A stretch of DNA of 64,000 nucleotides from Octopus sinensis (lineage: Eukaryota). Positions within the stretch are counted from its first letter, which is position 1. Each line of letters starts with the position of its first letter. Both the position numbers and the translations under genes were made by a program. The notes below the pieces were generated by a model, which was not told the DNA's origin, did no database searches, and saw nothing but the letters and a program-made list of their open reading frames with translations. Shown one piece after another: positions 24,171-36,945 of the stretch. The stretch covers positions 89,652,001-89,716,000 of the forward strand of contig NC_042997.1 in the NCBI RefSeq assembly GCF_006345805.1, read 5' to 3'.

Positions 24171-24677
24171 GTTTAGAGGGGGAAATAGGGTTCTGGCTAA
24201 TTGCAAGATTCATCTCTTCCTTGGCTGGTCAATAAGCTATGAATTACTATTGGTGTGTAAAGAATGTGGTGGGGAAGACTAAAGAATAGATTTAGATTGC
24301 TAGACTTTCAGGTAAGGAGAGAAAGGGATTATTGTTTAGAGTGAGAAGTGTGTGTGTGTGTGTGTGTGAAAGAGAGAGAGAAACTTGTCAGGGTCATTGA
24401 ATTAGGATAGTTATTAAGTAAAGCTGGAAAGAAATGAGTAAGGGAGTATGTGAAGTAAATAAATAAATATTCATTTCCTGTCTGATTAAAAAAGGCAAAC
24501 TAATCTTTTTCACATAAACCTGTTTTAAATCATGTGTAATGTATTATATAGCTATTTTCAATCTAATGGATCAGTGCTTTCCATTGGATGATGTTTAAGA
24601 TGACAATGTTAACTAACTTTATTACTTTATATGTATATTTATCATCTTGGATGATGATATATATATATTTGTATATC

Positions 24678-24721
<44 letters not shown>

Positions 24722-24782
24722 AAGAAATGAGATGACAAAGGAATAAACGATTATCTTATGAACTTCATTAGCTTATAGCTGT

Positions 24783-25200
24783 TTAAGTTAAGTTAATCTT
24801 TTGGCTCAAAAAGCAAAAGCAAGGCCATGTAGGGGGACATGGAGTTATGTACAGGGAGGGTGTTCATGCAAAGAGTTCAGGCCATTTCTAGTCAAGAGAG
24901 TCTTTGAACCGAGCGGTTGTCGGCATCTTCACTATCTCGTCCGGCAGCTTATTCCACGGATCCGCAACACGGACGGAGAAAGCTCCTCTCCTTTGATTGA
25001 GATGAAATAGTCACAGATAGAGCTTTTTGGAGTGACCCCGCAGCCAACGCTCTGGAGTAGGAGTGAAGAACAGCTCTTTCGAGAGGTTACACTTTCCTCT
25101 TATGATGTTGTGAGCGAGAATGAGATCAGCACGGCGTCATAGATGCAGTGGACTCCTAGTTGAGTGCCTGAGTAACACCTTATAGCTTTATCAGATCTTC
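24783..25200 (-). mobile_element. CR1 LINE 3' end, relatively young
   Basis: RRADLILAHNIIRG...LRGHSKKL...RRGAFSVRVADPWNKLPDEIV...FKDSLD*; CTTAA-type tail; CpG-rich relative to flanks. Confidence 0.85.
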
Positions 25201-25619
25201 AAATATGAAGTGCCATATGTATATGAATATATAAATGTATATACTGTCCAACTTATTCCAGCATGGAAAATGGACATTAATAGATAATGATATATACATA
25301 TATGTATATATGTGCGTGTGTGTGTGTGTGCATACACACACTCATATACACATATATTATCTGTATCCTGATATAAAGTGATTTTTAAGCACACAATCAA
25401 ATATTTTACTAAACATGTCTTGTTCATTTGATCTTGGAATACAGTTTACACCCCTCCCCTCCACCAAAAAAGTAAAAGAAAGAACAAGGAATAATTGAAA
25501 AACATAATTGTATTCACACTTACAATTTATTTCATATATTCATTTACACATTTCTTAAAATCAACTGACTCTCTTTTCCCTGCCTCATGCATAATTGTCT
25601 GTGTTGATTTTTGAATAGC

Positions 25620-27300
25620 TCTCACTTGTGTTTTGTTTCATCTTCTGTCAGTTTGTCTCCTGTTCTGTTATTTTTATGTTCTTTCAATGCTATTGTAAAT
25701 CTCTGGCTTTCTCCTTCACTCTCTGGCTGTCTGTCTCTGCTTTATCTCTCGTTTGTACCATTTATCAGTTTCTACTCATTCCCATAGTCTTCATATCTGT
25801 AATTTTGTCCTTTTCCATCTACCCCCCTCTCCACCTTTGTTTTGGTATCTATATTCACTCTTCTCTGCATGTCTCTTGTCTCTTCCATACCCTATTATCT
25901 TCTGTTAAAATTCCATTCAATTTACAAAATGTTATATGGATATAAATCACCCCAGGTATTTCACTGGTTCTTTATATTATTGAACTAAAGGTGGATTGAA
26001 AAGCAATTGACTTCAGCTGGATTTGAACTCAGAACTTAAAGGACTCCAACTAAAGACTGCAAAGCATTTTATAACTCTCCATCTCCTTTAACTCTCTTTT
26101 CTTCATACCTGTTGATTTCATGTTCTGATTTTTTTTTTGTCAATCTTATTTATCTACTCTCTTTTCCATTTATTCCCTCTCTTCTCACCTTCATCTTCCT
26201 TCCTTCTCTTTCTCTTATTGCGTGTCAAACTTTCTCTGGCTTTCATGTTGTCAACTTTTACCCTCTCACACCTGTCTCATTTTCTGTCAATTTCCCACTT
26301 CTCTCTCTCTGTCAACATTTCTCATGTTCTCAATCTGTCAGGTTTTTCCCACCTCATTTCTATCAGTCATCTCTTTCTAACTTTCATCTTAACCCCAACA
26401 TTCATAGCCCTTCCTCCCTCAGCATCCTGTCACATGTCAGTTTCTCACCTCTTACGTAATCTTGTGTATTTTTCTCTCAATCTCTCATTACTTCTCCAGT
26501 TCTGTTCTCTATCAGCCTTTTAAAATGTCTCTAGTTCTGCTAAACAATGTCAATTTCTCACTGTCTCTAGTCTTATCAATTAGTATCTGCTTCCCACCAC
26601 ATCTTTAGTTATGTTGCTTTTTTGTCAACTCTCCAACCTCTCTAGTCCTGCCTCTTTCTCCCCCTCTCTCTCCCTCTGTCAACCTCCCACCATGTCACAA
26701 GTCCTGTCCTCCTCTCTCCGCCTTCTCACTGTATCACTTGTCCTGCCTCTCAAAATTTTCACATCTGAAACACTACTTGAGATAAACTGTCATATGTTTT
26801 ATTATATTTCTCAACAATGACTGATCTCACCTGCCAATTAATTAATGCACACACATATTCACTAATTCTTTATGTCCATATCTCTCCTATCTCCTCAAAC
26901 ATTTTCTTTCTCACATTCACTTCCAGCACAAATTCATCAATTCTTTGTCTAAACTGCAATTTTCTCCATGGCCATTTATTTTTATCTTTTTCTCCACCTC
27001 CATTTCCAAACACCCCATATCTCTCTCCTTTAATATTTCTTTTCCCCCATCATCATATCTCTCTTTTCATCTTTCTTTTTTTCTATAGTATTTCTTTCTT
27101 ACTCTTGTCTTAAACTCCTCTGACCCCTCTTTTTTCAATCACATTTCTTTCTCTCCTGTACCTCTTTCCCCTATCTCATTGCTTTCTCTTCTATGTCTCT
27201 CTCTCTTTTCTTTCCCATCTTCATCAATCCATCTCTCTCTTGAATACCCGCTCCTCATCTTTTCCCTTTCTTTGTCATGTATAAGCCCTGTCTCATACTG
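25620..27300. repeat. Long CT-rich low-complexity tract with a decayed SINE A piece at 25940-26070
   Basis: Pyrimidine bias; GGATTTGAACTCAGAAC motif. Confidence 0.75.
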
Positions 27301-27709
27301 GTCCACCATTTTTCCCTTGAATTCCTTCTTTTCAAACTAGTTTTTCTTTGGCATTACTTCATTATATTTCTTCCAGCCACAAACTCTATGCTCACTCATA
27401 GCCAATGCATATGCATACAGCTGCACACAATATGCACAGACATATGCCCACACAAATACATATGCATCCATATACAGATTGTCTTCACTTGTGTGCAAAC
27501 CTGCTATGTACACATTCACACCATGTGCGTGATTACACACATTCATGTGTACATACTCTTTGTACCCATACATCACATGTTGACTCTTTATACATAGACA
27601 CACACACTCCCTCATACACAATACATACATACTTTTAACTAAAAGTGCAACATTGACAGTGTATTATTCCAGATTTAAAGAATAATATAGATTTAAAAAA
27701 TGATGAAAA

Positions 27710-28212
27710 TTAACTCCTTTCGTCATCATATTTCAGCTGAAACACACTATCTTTGTTCTAATTATATTTTTTGAAAATAATGAAGAATTTAATAAAACAG
27801 CTGTCATACTTAAGCTGGTATTATAAGGTGGCCAGCATGGCAGTTGTTACTGTGCCTGACAAAATACTTAGCAGTATTTCTTCTGGCTTTACATTTTGAG
27901 TTCAAATACTGCCGCGGTTGACTTTGCCTTTTATCCTTCTGGTGTCAGTAAAATAAAGTATCTGTCAAGTGCTGCAATTGATGTAATCGAGACTTCCTCC
28001 TTCCCTCAAAAAAATTGTTGACTTGTAAAAAAATTGGAACGGATTATTAAACTAATGTTTGAAATATAAATTAGAATGAGAGTAGAAAGTTTGCATCGAA
28101 GAATTAGAGTTGACATCAGGCAGGTTGGTATAAAAAGAGTTTAAAAAAAATTAATCATACTATGCTGTCAACAAATAATAGTGAAGGATATATTTCCACT
28201 GACAAAGGTTAA
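27710..28212. mobile_element. TTAA-bounded (piggyBac-like) MITE remnant with nested SINE A (27830-28010)
   Basis: Ends TTAACTCCTTTCGTCA / TGACAAAGGTTAA are imperfect inverted repeats with TTAA. Confidence 0.45.
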
Positions 28213-28577
28213 GAAAGCATAAACATTTGGCGTTGTTTCCTTTGGTTATCTAGTAAGAGAGTTATGGTAGCTCACCACCTAATATTGTTTTCTAATTACA
28301 GTTTTTAACCACATTAGTTATTTCTAGTTTTGAAATCATTGAACACAGCCAAAGAGAGAGCAAGTGTGTGTGTGAGAGGGAGTGAGAGAGAGAGAGAGAG
28401 AAAGAAAAAGAAAATAAGAGAGAGAATTGACTTAAATACTGGTCTGTTAGTTTATCAACCCTGTAAGAATGAAAGGCAATGTTGCCTTCAGTAGGATTTG
28501 AACTCTGTAAGGTATTCTCTCTAGTACTCTGATAACTCAGCCAATTTGCTGTTGTGAATGAACTTAGTGCATTTAGG

Positions 28578-28765
28578 ATCATCATCATCAACAGCCTCAA
28601 CATTTAATATCTGTTTTCCATGCTGGCATGGTTTGGATGACTTGACAGGAACTGGCAAAGCAAGGGGCTGCACTAGGTTCCATAGTCTGTTTTGGCTGGA
28701 TGCCTTTCCTAATGCCAACCACTTTACAGAGTGTACTGGGTGCTTTTACATGACACCATCTATCT
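28578..28765 (-). mobile_element. RTE-type 3' tail
   Basis: CATCATCATC...TTTTCCATGCTGGCATGG...GGATGCCTTTCCTAATGCCAACC. Confidence 0.8.
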
Positions 28766-29260
28766 AATGTTTTTTTTTTCTAATTATTTAAGACAAGGTG
28801 TTATTTGGTTGCTATTTCCTAGTAGATTGAGTGTTCACATGGGCCCATCTTGGCTGGTTTGGATGCTAGTTCATTTTAGAAAGTTTTTAGGATTTGATTC
28901 TGTGAGTTGATTAATATAAGCTCTAAAGATTGTAATTCTGACTCTGAATATTTTGAGTTCAACTCTGCTAGTCATCTTCTACCCATCATTCTCAGATGTG
29001 TGAAAATATATCCTGTGGCATGTGTATGTGTGTAACAGTTTAGTCTGAACATGTCTAGGTATAACTATCTGTACATGTTTTGTATGTCATCACATGTGTA
29101 TGTGCACATATACACATATATAGACACTGATTCAAAAGCCTCTTTAGTATATGAATGATATAACAAATTTATATTTTGTTATAATTTTGTTCTTACATAT
29201 TTTTCAAACTATGTTGGGTATTTTGTTGTGAATATCTATTGATATTAATGTTGCTTTATA

Positions 29261-29481
29261 CAAGGGGGGGGGTGCTCAAAAGTTCCTGGCTTAGGGTAAA
29301 AGAAAATACAGGAGAATCAGTTAATTATGATTTTATTCAACATATTTCCCTCTCAGGTTCACACACTTATTGTAGCGGTCATTCAGTTTTTATAAGCACT
29401 GTAAAAGAACTTAGAAGGTTGGGCCTCCAATTAGGCCTTTGGCGATACCCTTTAAGTCAGAAACTTTTCAGCACCCCCTTG
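29261..29481. mobile_element. Mariner-type MITE, 221 bp
   Basis: TA-CAAGGGGG..GTGCTCAAAAGTTCCTGGCTTA and TAAGTCAGAAACTTTTCAGCACCCCCTTG-TA: ~30-bp TIRs, TA duplication. Confidence 0.9.
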
Positions 29482-29499
29482 TATATTTCATATGTGTAG

Positions 29500-29640
29500 G
29501 TGCAGCTGTGACTGTGTAGTAAGAAATTTGCTTCTCAATCACAGGGTTTTGGGTTCAGTCCCACTGCATGTGTCTTCTTGTATATCCTTGTGATGACTTA
29601 AAGCCTTGGTAGATGGAAACTATAAGAAGCTCATTGTATA
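29500..29640 (+). mobile_element. SINE family B 5' half
   Basis: GTGTAGTAAGAAATTTGCTT..GGGTTCAGTCCCACTGC..AAAGCCTTG. Confidence 0.7.
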
Positions 29641-31329
29641 TATATATTTATATATGTGTGTGTGTTACTGTCTCCTTGCCTTGACATCACATGATAGTTG
29701 TGAATGATACTATCATGCCAGTGGTATCTTTTGTTTCCAGTCTTCTGAGACATATCAGAGTTCTTAGTCCAGATATTGCTGAGGTTGACTTTGGTGTCAA
29801 TAAAATAAAGTATATGTCAAGTGTTGTAGTTCATATAATCAACTTCCTCCTTCCCTCAAGAAATTTGCTAGCCTTGTACCAAAATTAGAAAGGATTATTA
29901 AACTAGTGTTTAAAATATAAATTAACATGAGAGCAGAAAGCTTGTATCATAGAATCAGAGTTGACCTCAGTTAGGTTGGTATCAAAAAAGTTAAAAAAAA
30001 AAGAATTACCAAACTGCACTGTCAACAAATAATAGTGAAGGATCTATAATATCGCTTGGAAACAGGTGAAGATTGGCATCCAGACCTAGGAAATCTACAA
30101 AATTTACTTTAAAAAATTCTGCTGAACCCATGTGAGTATGGAAGAGTAGACATTAAATGATGATGTTGCTTTATATATATTTTAGAAAGTTTATCAAAAG
30201 ACCATGTAAATATTTGTTTAAAAAAATGGTATAATATAACAGTAATCTTATTCATTAACTAGTTCAACTGCCTGGGATGGTCATGGTTGCTGGCTGTAAG
30301 AATGGCAGAGTAAATAGAACAGAATCTTGAAATTCCGTTTAGTCAAGGCAGTCAGCTGTGACCTGGGGTCAGAGGGGAGTCAGGTGGGGTTAATTATTGC
30401 TATGGGAGGTGGAGTGTGAAGACTAGCAAAAGAAAAAATGGTGGAAAGGGCAAGGAAGGAATAAAGTGGGACAGTTGGGACTCTGATAGGTACTACTATT
30501 CTGGGTCAGAACAGATCCGAGAGTAATAATTGAGGGGTTACTCCATGCTCTCCTCAACTGGAGCCTCACCACTAGATGCAGTTTAATGTCATACTCAAGA
30601 CAATGTATATCATCTTTTTAATGTCCACTTCTCCATGCTTGCATGGGATGGATGAAGTTTATTGAGGCAAATTTTCCATGGCTGGATGCCCTTTTCTGTT
30701 GGCAGCTCCCACTGGTTTCTAAGCAAGGTCATATTTTCCCAATGCTAGACATATTCTTGTAGAATAATGACACTGCTTGTATGACTGACAATCATTTACG
30801 ATTGTCACGCAATGTGAAAACAAGAGACACTCATATACTTTCTGTCCCTCTCTCTCTCTCTCTCTCTAATACACACACACACACACATGTATATTGGGCT
30901 TCTTACAGTTTCCATATGCCAAATCTACTCACAAGGTTTTGGTTTGCCTGGGCATATGGTGGGAGACTCTTGCTCAAAATGTCACATAGTGGGATTGAAC
31001 CCAGGACCATGTGGTTGGGAAGCAAACTTCTTACCACACAGCCAAGATTTTTGAATTTCTGTCTGCTTTCACTTTCATTAATCAGTTCCTAGCTTGATTA
31101 TGCTTGGCAGCTGGTGAAAATTATTTTTGTTAGATTTTTTTAAGAGTGAGGTGTATTTTGGTTTACAATGAACATATGTTGTTGCTGATCTTTCAGTTAG
31201 TTTGTTTTTATTTCAGAAAATGTTTTTGATATTTTGTTTTGCCAAATACAAAAATGAACAACAACAACAACACATAATTGCAAATAAAAATCCCACCCCA
31301 TGCACATTTTTCCTGAAAATATAAGTATT

Positions 31330-31710
31330 CTTTTATTCTTTTCTTTTACCTGTTTCAGTCATTTGACTGAGGCCATGCTGGAGCATCACCTTAAAGGGTT
31401 TTAGTCAAAGAAATTGACCCCAGAACATATTCTTTGTAAGCCTAGTACTTAATCTATTGGTATCTTTTGGCAAACCACCAAATTACAGGGATATTAATAC
31501 ACCAACATCAGTTGTGGATGGGGACAAACACACACACACACTATATATATATATATATATATATATGATGAGCTTCTTCCAGTTTCTGTCTGCCAGATCC
31601 ATTCACAGGGCTATGGTAGAAGACACTTGCTCAAGATGCCATGCAGTGGGATTGAACCAGAACTATGTGGCTGGGAAGCAAGCTTCTTACCATATACCCA
31701 TGACTGTGCC
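31330..31710 (-). mobile_element. SINE family B, both halves joined by a short (CA)(TA) microsatellite
   Basis: 3' half 31330-31530, 5' half 31565-31710. Confidence 0.8.
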
Positions 31711-32036
31711 TAATATAATCATTATCATTTAATGTCTGTTTACCATGCTGCCATGGGTTGTATGATTCAAAAGGAGCTGGCAAGCCAGAGAACTATCTAA
31801 GCTCTAATGTCTGCTTTGGCATGGCTTCTACAGCTGGATGGCCTTCCTAATGCCTACTTACTTGACAGAATTTACTGAGAGCTTTGTACATGTTACCGGC
31901 GTTGGTGAGGTTACCAAGTAACTGACAACCACAAGACTCCCCTCAACCTTAAGTGGAGGGAAATAGTATTGAGGGAAGTGACTTTATGCCAAGTGATATA
32001 TATATATATGTTTAAACAATCAACGAAATTCCAACA

Positions 32037-32520
32037 GGTGCAGGAATGGCTGTGTAGTAAGAAGCTTCCTTCCCAACCACATGGTTCCAGGTTCAGTCCT
32101 ACTGCATAGCACCTTGGGCAAGTGTCTTCTACTATAGTCTTTGGCTGAACAGAACCTTGTAAGTGGATTTGGTGGATGGAAACTGAAAGAATACATCCCA
32201 TGTGCCAGTGGCATGTAAAAAGTATCCACTACACCCTTGAAGTGGTTGGTGTTAGGAAGGGCATCCAGCTGTAGAAACCTTGTCAGATCAGATGTTAGAC
32301 GATGATGATGTATGTATTTATGTGTCTGTGTTTGTTTCCCCACCATTGCTTGACAATCAATGTTGGTGTGTTTATGTCCCTATAACTTAGTGGTTCAGTA
32401 AAAGAAACTGATAGAATAAGTACTAGGCTTACAAAGAATAAGTCCTGGGGTTGATTTGTTTGACTAAAAAGGTGGTCTTGCATTGCTGCAGTCAAAATGA
32501 CTGAAACAAGTAAAAGAATA
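32037..32520 (+). mobile_element. SINE family B with an RTE tail (32195-32310) inserted in its central microsatellite
   Basis: 5' half, then GAAGGGCATCCAGCTGTAGAAACC...GACGATGATGATG, then 3' half ending TAAAAGAATA. Confidence 0.8.
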
Positions 32521-32704
32521 AAATAATAATCTGATTTTCATGTTTTATTATTTACAGTTATTACAGTTTTACAATAACAGAATATATGTTTGTGATAAAA
32601 CTAGTACTTATATATATATTGACTTTTCTATTCTTCCTCAGTGTCAAACTAACACACCTGCTTCTTCCCTCATGAGTGTTTTGTTTTCTGTACATCTGGA
32701 TTTT

Positions 32705-32712
32705 AATATATA

Positions 32713-32785
<73 letters not shown>

Positions 32786-32795
32786 GTATATATAT

Positions 32796-32881
<86 letters not shown>

Positions 32882-32907
32882 GTATATATATATACATGTA
32901 TATATAT

Positions 32908-33003
<96 letters not shown>

Positions 33004-33020
33004 TCCGACAGAGAGAGAGA
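32705..33020. repeat. (TA)n then (GA)n microsatellite
   Basis: Direct reading. Confidence 0.95.
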
Positions 33021-33554
33021 AAGTCTTCACCATTCTTCCCAATAATTAAACTAATACACCTGCTTGTTCCCTCACCTGTCTTTTGTTTTCTGTACATTTT
33101 CAATTTTATGCATTTCTGTAGAATAGAGTCAGAAATTATCCTGTACACCAAAACTCACATTCCCTTCAGATGTGTATGTTTTAAGCATCATGTATTATGA
33201 ATATAAAAAGGTAATGTTGAGCTTCTCTCCTTCTCTTCTGTAATTTTTCAGTTTTGACTTTTTTTTTTCGAAAAAGATTTCCGATTTATGTTGCACATAT
33301 GTTCGAGGAAACATAATCTCAGATGTTTAAACAAGTCTGAAAAAACAATTTCAACAGAAAAATTACAGAAAAGTAATGGAGAAGTTTGAAAAGTCCAGCA
33401 CGTTTTTCCCTTTTTCTACACAAAACCTACAAAACTTAAAACGTACACATCCAAACTAAAGTAAATACAGTTTTTGGCAATGTAGGCAAATCTATAGCAA
33501 TATGTCAGTGTGTATTTTATATATATGTGTGTGTGTGAATATATGTATGTATAT

Positions 33555-33705
33555 AGATCGTCCCTGTAACTTAGCGGTGTGGCTAAAGAGGCCGATAGAA
33601 TAAGTACTAGGCTTACAAAGAAAAAGACCATGGATTGATCTGTTTGAGTAAAGGTGGTGCTCCAGCATGGCTGCAGTCAAATGACTGAAACAAGACAATA
33701 AAAGA
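33555..33705 (+). mobile_element. SINE family B 3' half
   Basis: CCCTGTAACTTAGCGG...GATAGAATAAGTACTAGGCTTACAAAG...CAGTCAAATGACTGAAAC. Confidence 0.8.
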
Positions 33706-33970
33706 ATATATGTGTATGTATATACGTGAATATATGTGTATGTATATCTGTATATATATGTATATGTATACAGGTATATATATGTATATGCATATATATA
33801 CATATATACAATTGTATATCTATACATATATATGTATATGTATATATATACATATGCATATATATACATATATATATGCACATATATGTATGTATATATA
33901 TGTGTATATATCAATATATGTATATATGTATGTATGTATATATGTATGTATATATATGTATATATGTATG

Positions 33971-34006
<36 letters not shown>

Positions 34007-34020
34007 ATATAATATATAGA
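33706..34020. repeat. (TA/TG)n microsatellite mosaic
   Basis: Direct reading. Confidence 0.95.
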
Positions 34021-34429
34021 TGTATAGTTACAAATTGAGATAGGGGTTGTAAATGCAACCCTCCATGGGATAACATATATCCAATATACTGCTAGTGAAG
34101 TACCCAACAAAGTTAATACATAAATGTTAAGGATTGTGATGCAATCAATTCATTTACTGTATTATATGGGCAAAGGTAAAATGATTTACCACAAATTACT
34201 AATACAAGATAAGAAAATGGAGAAATACATCTAAATCAAATATCAATTATCAGATAATACTCAATCACATACTTTATTTAAACCACCACATAAGAGACTG
34301 TAGGGTTAAACATAAAAAAGCAGAACAAATCAGTGTACACAAAGGAATGTACATAAAAAAGTGTACATAAAAGAGTAATGTTGTATAATAAGTAGAATAT
34401 ATATAAAAAAGAGAATATAAGTATAGATT

Positions 34430-34560
34430 ACATCTTACAGCTGTTTCGGCCATGTAGATAAGTATGTCTCATTTTACCAATATTAACCTTTTATGGTAGG
34501 TCAATATATGGATATAAATGAGACATTTACAAAAGTATCATAAGGCCTCTTCAGAGATAT
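34430..34560 (-). ncRNA. Type I hammerhead ribozyme motif with fully canonical core and extended stem II
   Basis: Minus: AUAUCU CUGAAGA GGCC [92 nt] GGCC GAAA C-AGCU-G UA AGAUGU; insert forms 11-bp (34464-74/34516-26) and 10-bp (34480-89/34498-507) helices. Confidence 0.75.
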
Positions 34561-36124
34561 ACATATACAAATGAGTGCATATACTCACACTCCTATACAT
34601 ATAAAAATATACATATAGATAATAATGTAAATAAATAATATAAATTAGTAAACATATATATGTTCCACATTCAACGTTTCAGTTTTTCAACTTAATATTG
34701 TGATAATAAACATACACATATTAGTACCTAGATGCAAATATACATAGTCAATAGTACATTATATTACTTCCTACTAATTTCCAAAGTGTCATTAAAGTTA
34801 GCATCATTATCGTTGTCAATACCATTAATGCTACCATCATTATCATTCATAATATTGTTAATATCGCTTACGTTAGGATCCAAAGTGGCACACATGTATG
34901 ACCGGGTTCCATTTAGTAATTTTCCTTATGACATAAATACACTATTGGATTTGAATTTAAATTATCATTGTCTTCCTCATGGTTGGTCCGTTGACCAACC
35001 GCACAGGTAAAACATACACATCCAACCCTAAACCCATACGTCCACATAAAGACGCCCACACACATGAGTAAACCCAACACATCGCTACACATTCACTAGA
35101 TTGCAGAGTGCATGTCTGTCATCGCATGGCTTATAGACAAATCAGTACAGGCCGCAGTGTCTATACACTAACACACACACTCACATCTGCATATACTCAT
35201 AGATATAAATACAATCTCATATACTGTATCAGGGAACATTCGCACACACATATATACATATTTAAATATATGTCTGCGCACTCATACGTACAAATAAAAC
35301 CTATACTTATATCCACCCATGAATAAATATTTGCAAATACATATATACATATCCAAATACGCACCTGTGTACTCATATGTATAAGAAAAACATACATCCG
35401 TACATCCACCCACGAACATATATTACTTATATTTTAACAACCCAAGGGAAATAACCCAAACCACCTGCAGATTTAAGTGAAGCGATCAGCATTTGATTCT
35501 CATGATCAGCCTACCTAATTCTGCATTTCACTATTCACAGTTCCGAACTGGTAAACATTATTATTGCACTTCCTTAATTTGAATCAAAAACAGAAAAGAC
35601 TTCATTCATACATTTCTATACATACATATTTTTTTGAATACCCATTACTCCGATAATTTTGCATTTTTACAGTTATACTTTTTCCATGACAGCAGAAAAA
35701 CTTTTTTTTTCACAATGCCGTTGCAGTGGCTTCATGCAGGCATAGCGTGAATTCGATCCTTGATTGCCACATTTCACTTAACACTTCAACAGTGCTTTTC
35801 TCACAGTGAAACAATAGTTTTTCTGTGAATGACAGCAGTTATTCATTTTCCTGATGCCTTCACCAAGCAGAATAATGTCTTTGCCTCTTGCCAACCTCCG
35901 ACAACTTCTCACACCATCCTCTGACAAACTTTCTCGCCAACCTCCAAAAACCTCTCTTGCCAAGCTCCAACAATCTATCCCTCCACCTGCTGACAGTTTT
36001 TTTTATACATTTTCGTGACAGAAAATACACCTTTTGTGGCTGTTATAATGAAATTGCTTTCTTATATCAGAGTAATAAGGCGTTTCAAAATAACATCTTT
36101 ACCTCTGGGAATTACTGGGTACAC

Positions 36125-36503
36125 CAGTATACACATGTACATACATATATATACAAATACATACATATTTACATATATATATACATACATATTTACATAT
36201 ACATATATATATATATACATATACCTAGATATACATACATATATGCATGTATATATATATATATATATATATACACAAATACACACACACACATATATGT
36301 TTGTGTGTGTATATAGATATGTGTATTTGTGTGTGTATATATGTATATATGTATTTATATACATATGTTTATATGTGTATATATATATATATATATATAC
36401 ACAAATACACACACACACATATATGTTTGTGTGTGTATATAGATATGTGTATTTGTGTGTGTATATATGTATATATGTATTTATATACATATGTTTATAT
36501 GTG

Positions 36504-36534
<31 letters not shown>

Positions 36535-36559
36535 GTACATGTATATATATATGTATATG

Positions 36560-36602
<43 letters not shown>

Positions 36603-36831
36603 ATGTGTGTGTATATATATATGTATATGTGTGTGTATATATATATGTATATGTGTGTGTATATATATGTATATGTGTGTGTATATATATATGTATATGT
36701 GTGTGTATATATATATGTATATGTGTGTGTATATATATATGTATGTGTATGTGTGTGTATATATATATGTATGTGTATATATATGTATGTGTATATATAT
36801 GTATGTGTATGTATATATGTATACGCTTGTG

Positions 36832-36866
<35 letters not shown>

Positions 36867-36881
36867 ATATATATCTGTGTG

Positions 36882-36915
<34 letters not shown>

Positions 36916-36945
36916 CATACACTCACCACCCCCCACACATATATA
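36125..36945. repeat. (TA/TG/CA)n mosaic with a 126-bp tandem duplication
   Basis: CACAAATAC at 36274 and 36400 with identical downstream text. Confidence 0.9.

Noticed and set aside
24722-24785. Half-hammerhead AAACAGCTATAAG on the minus strand
   Set aside because: Truncated by the CR1 tail; the CUGANGA half is absent and G16.2 is mutated.
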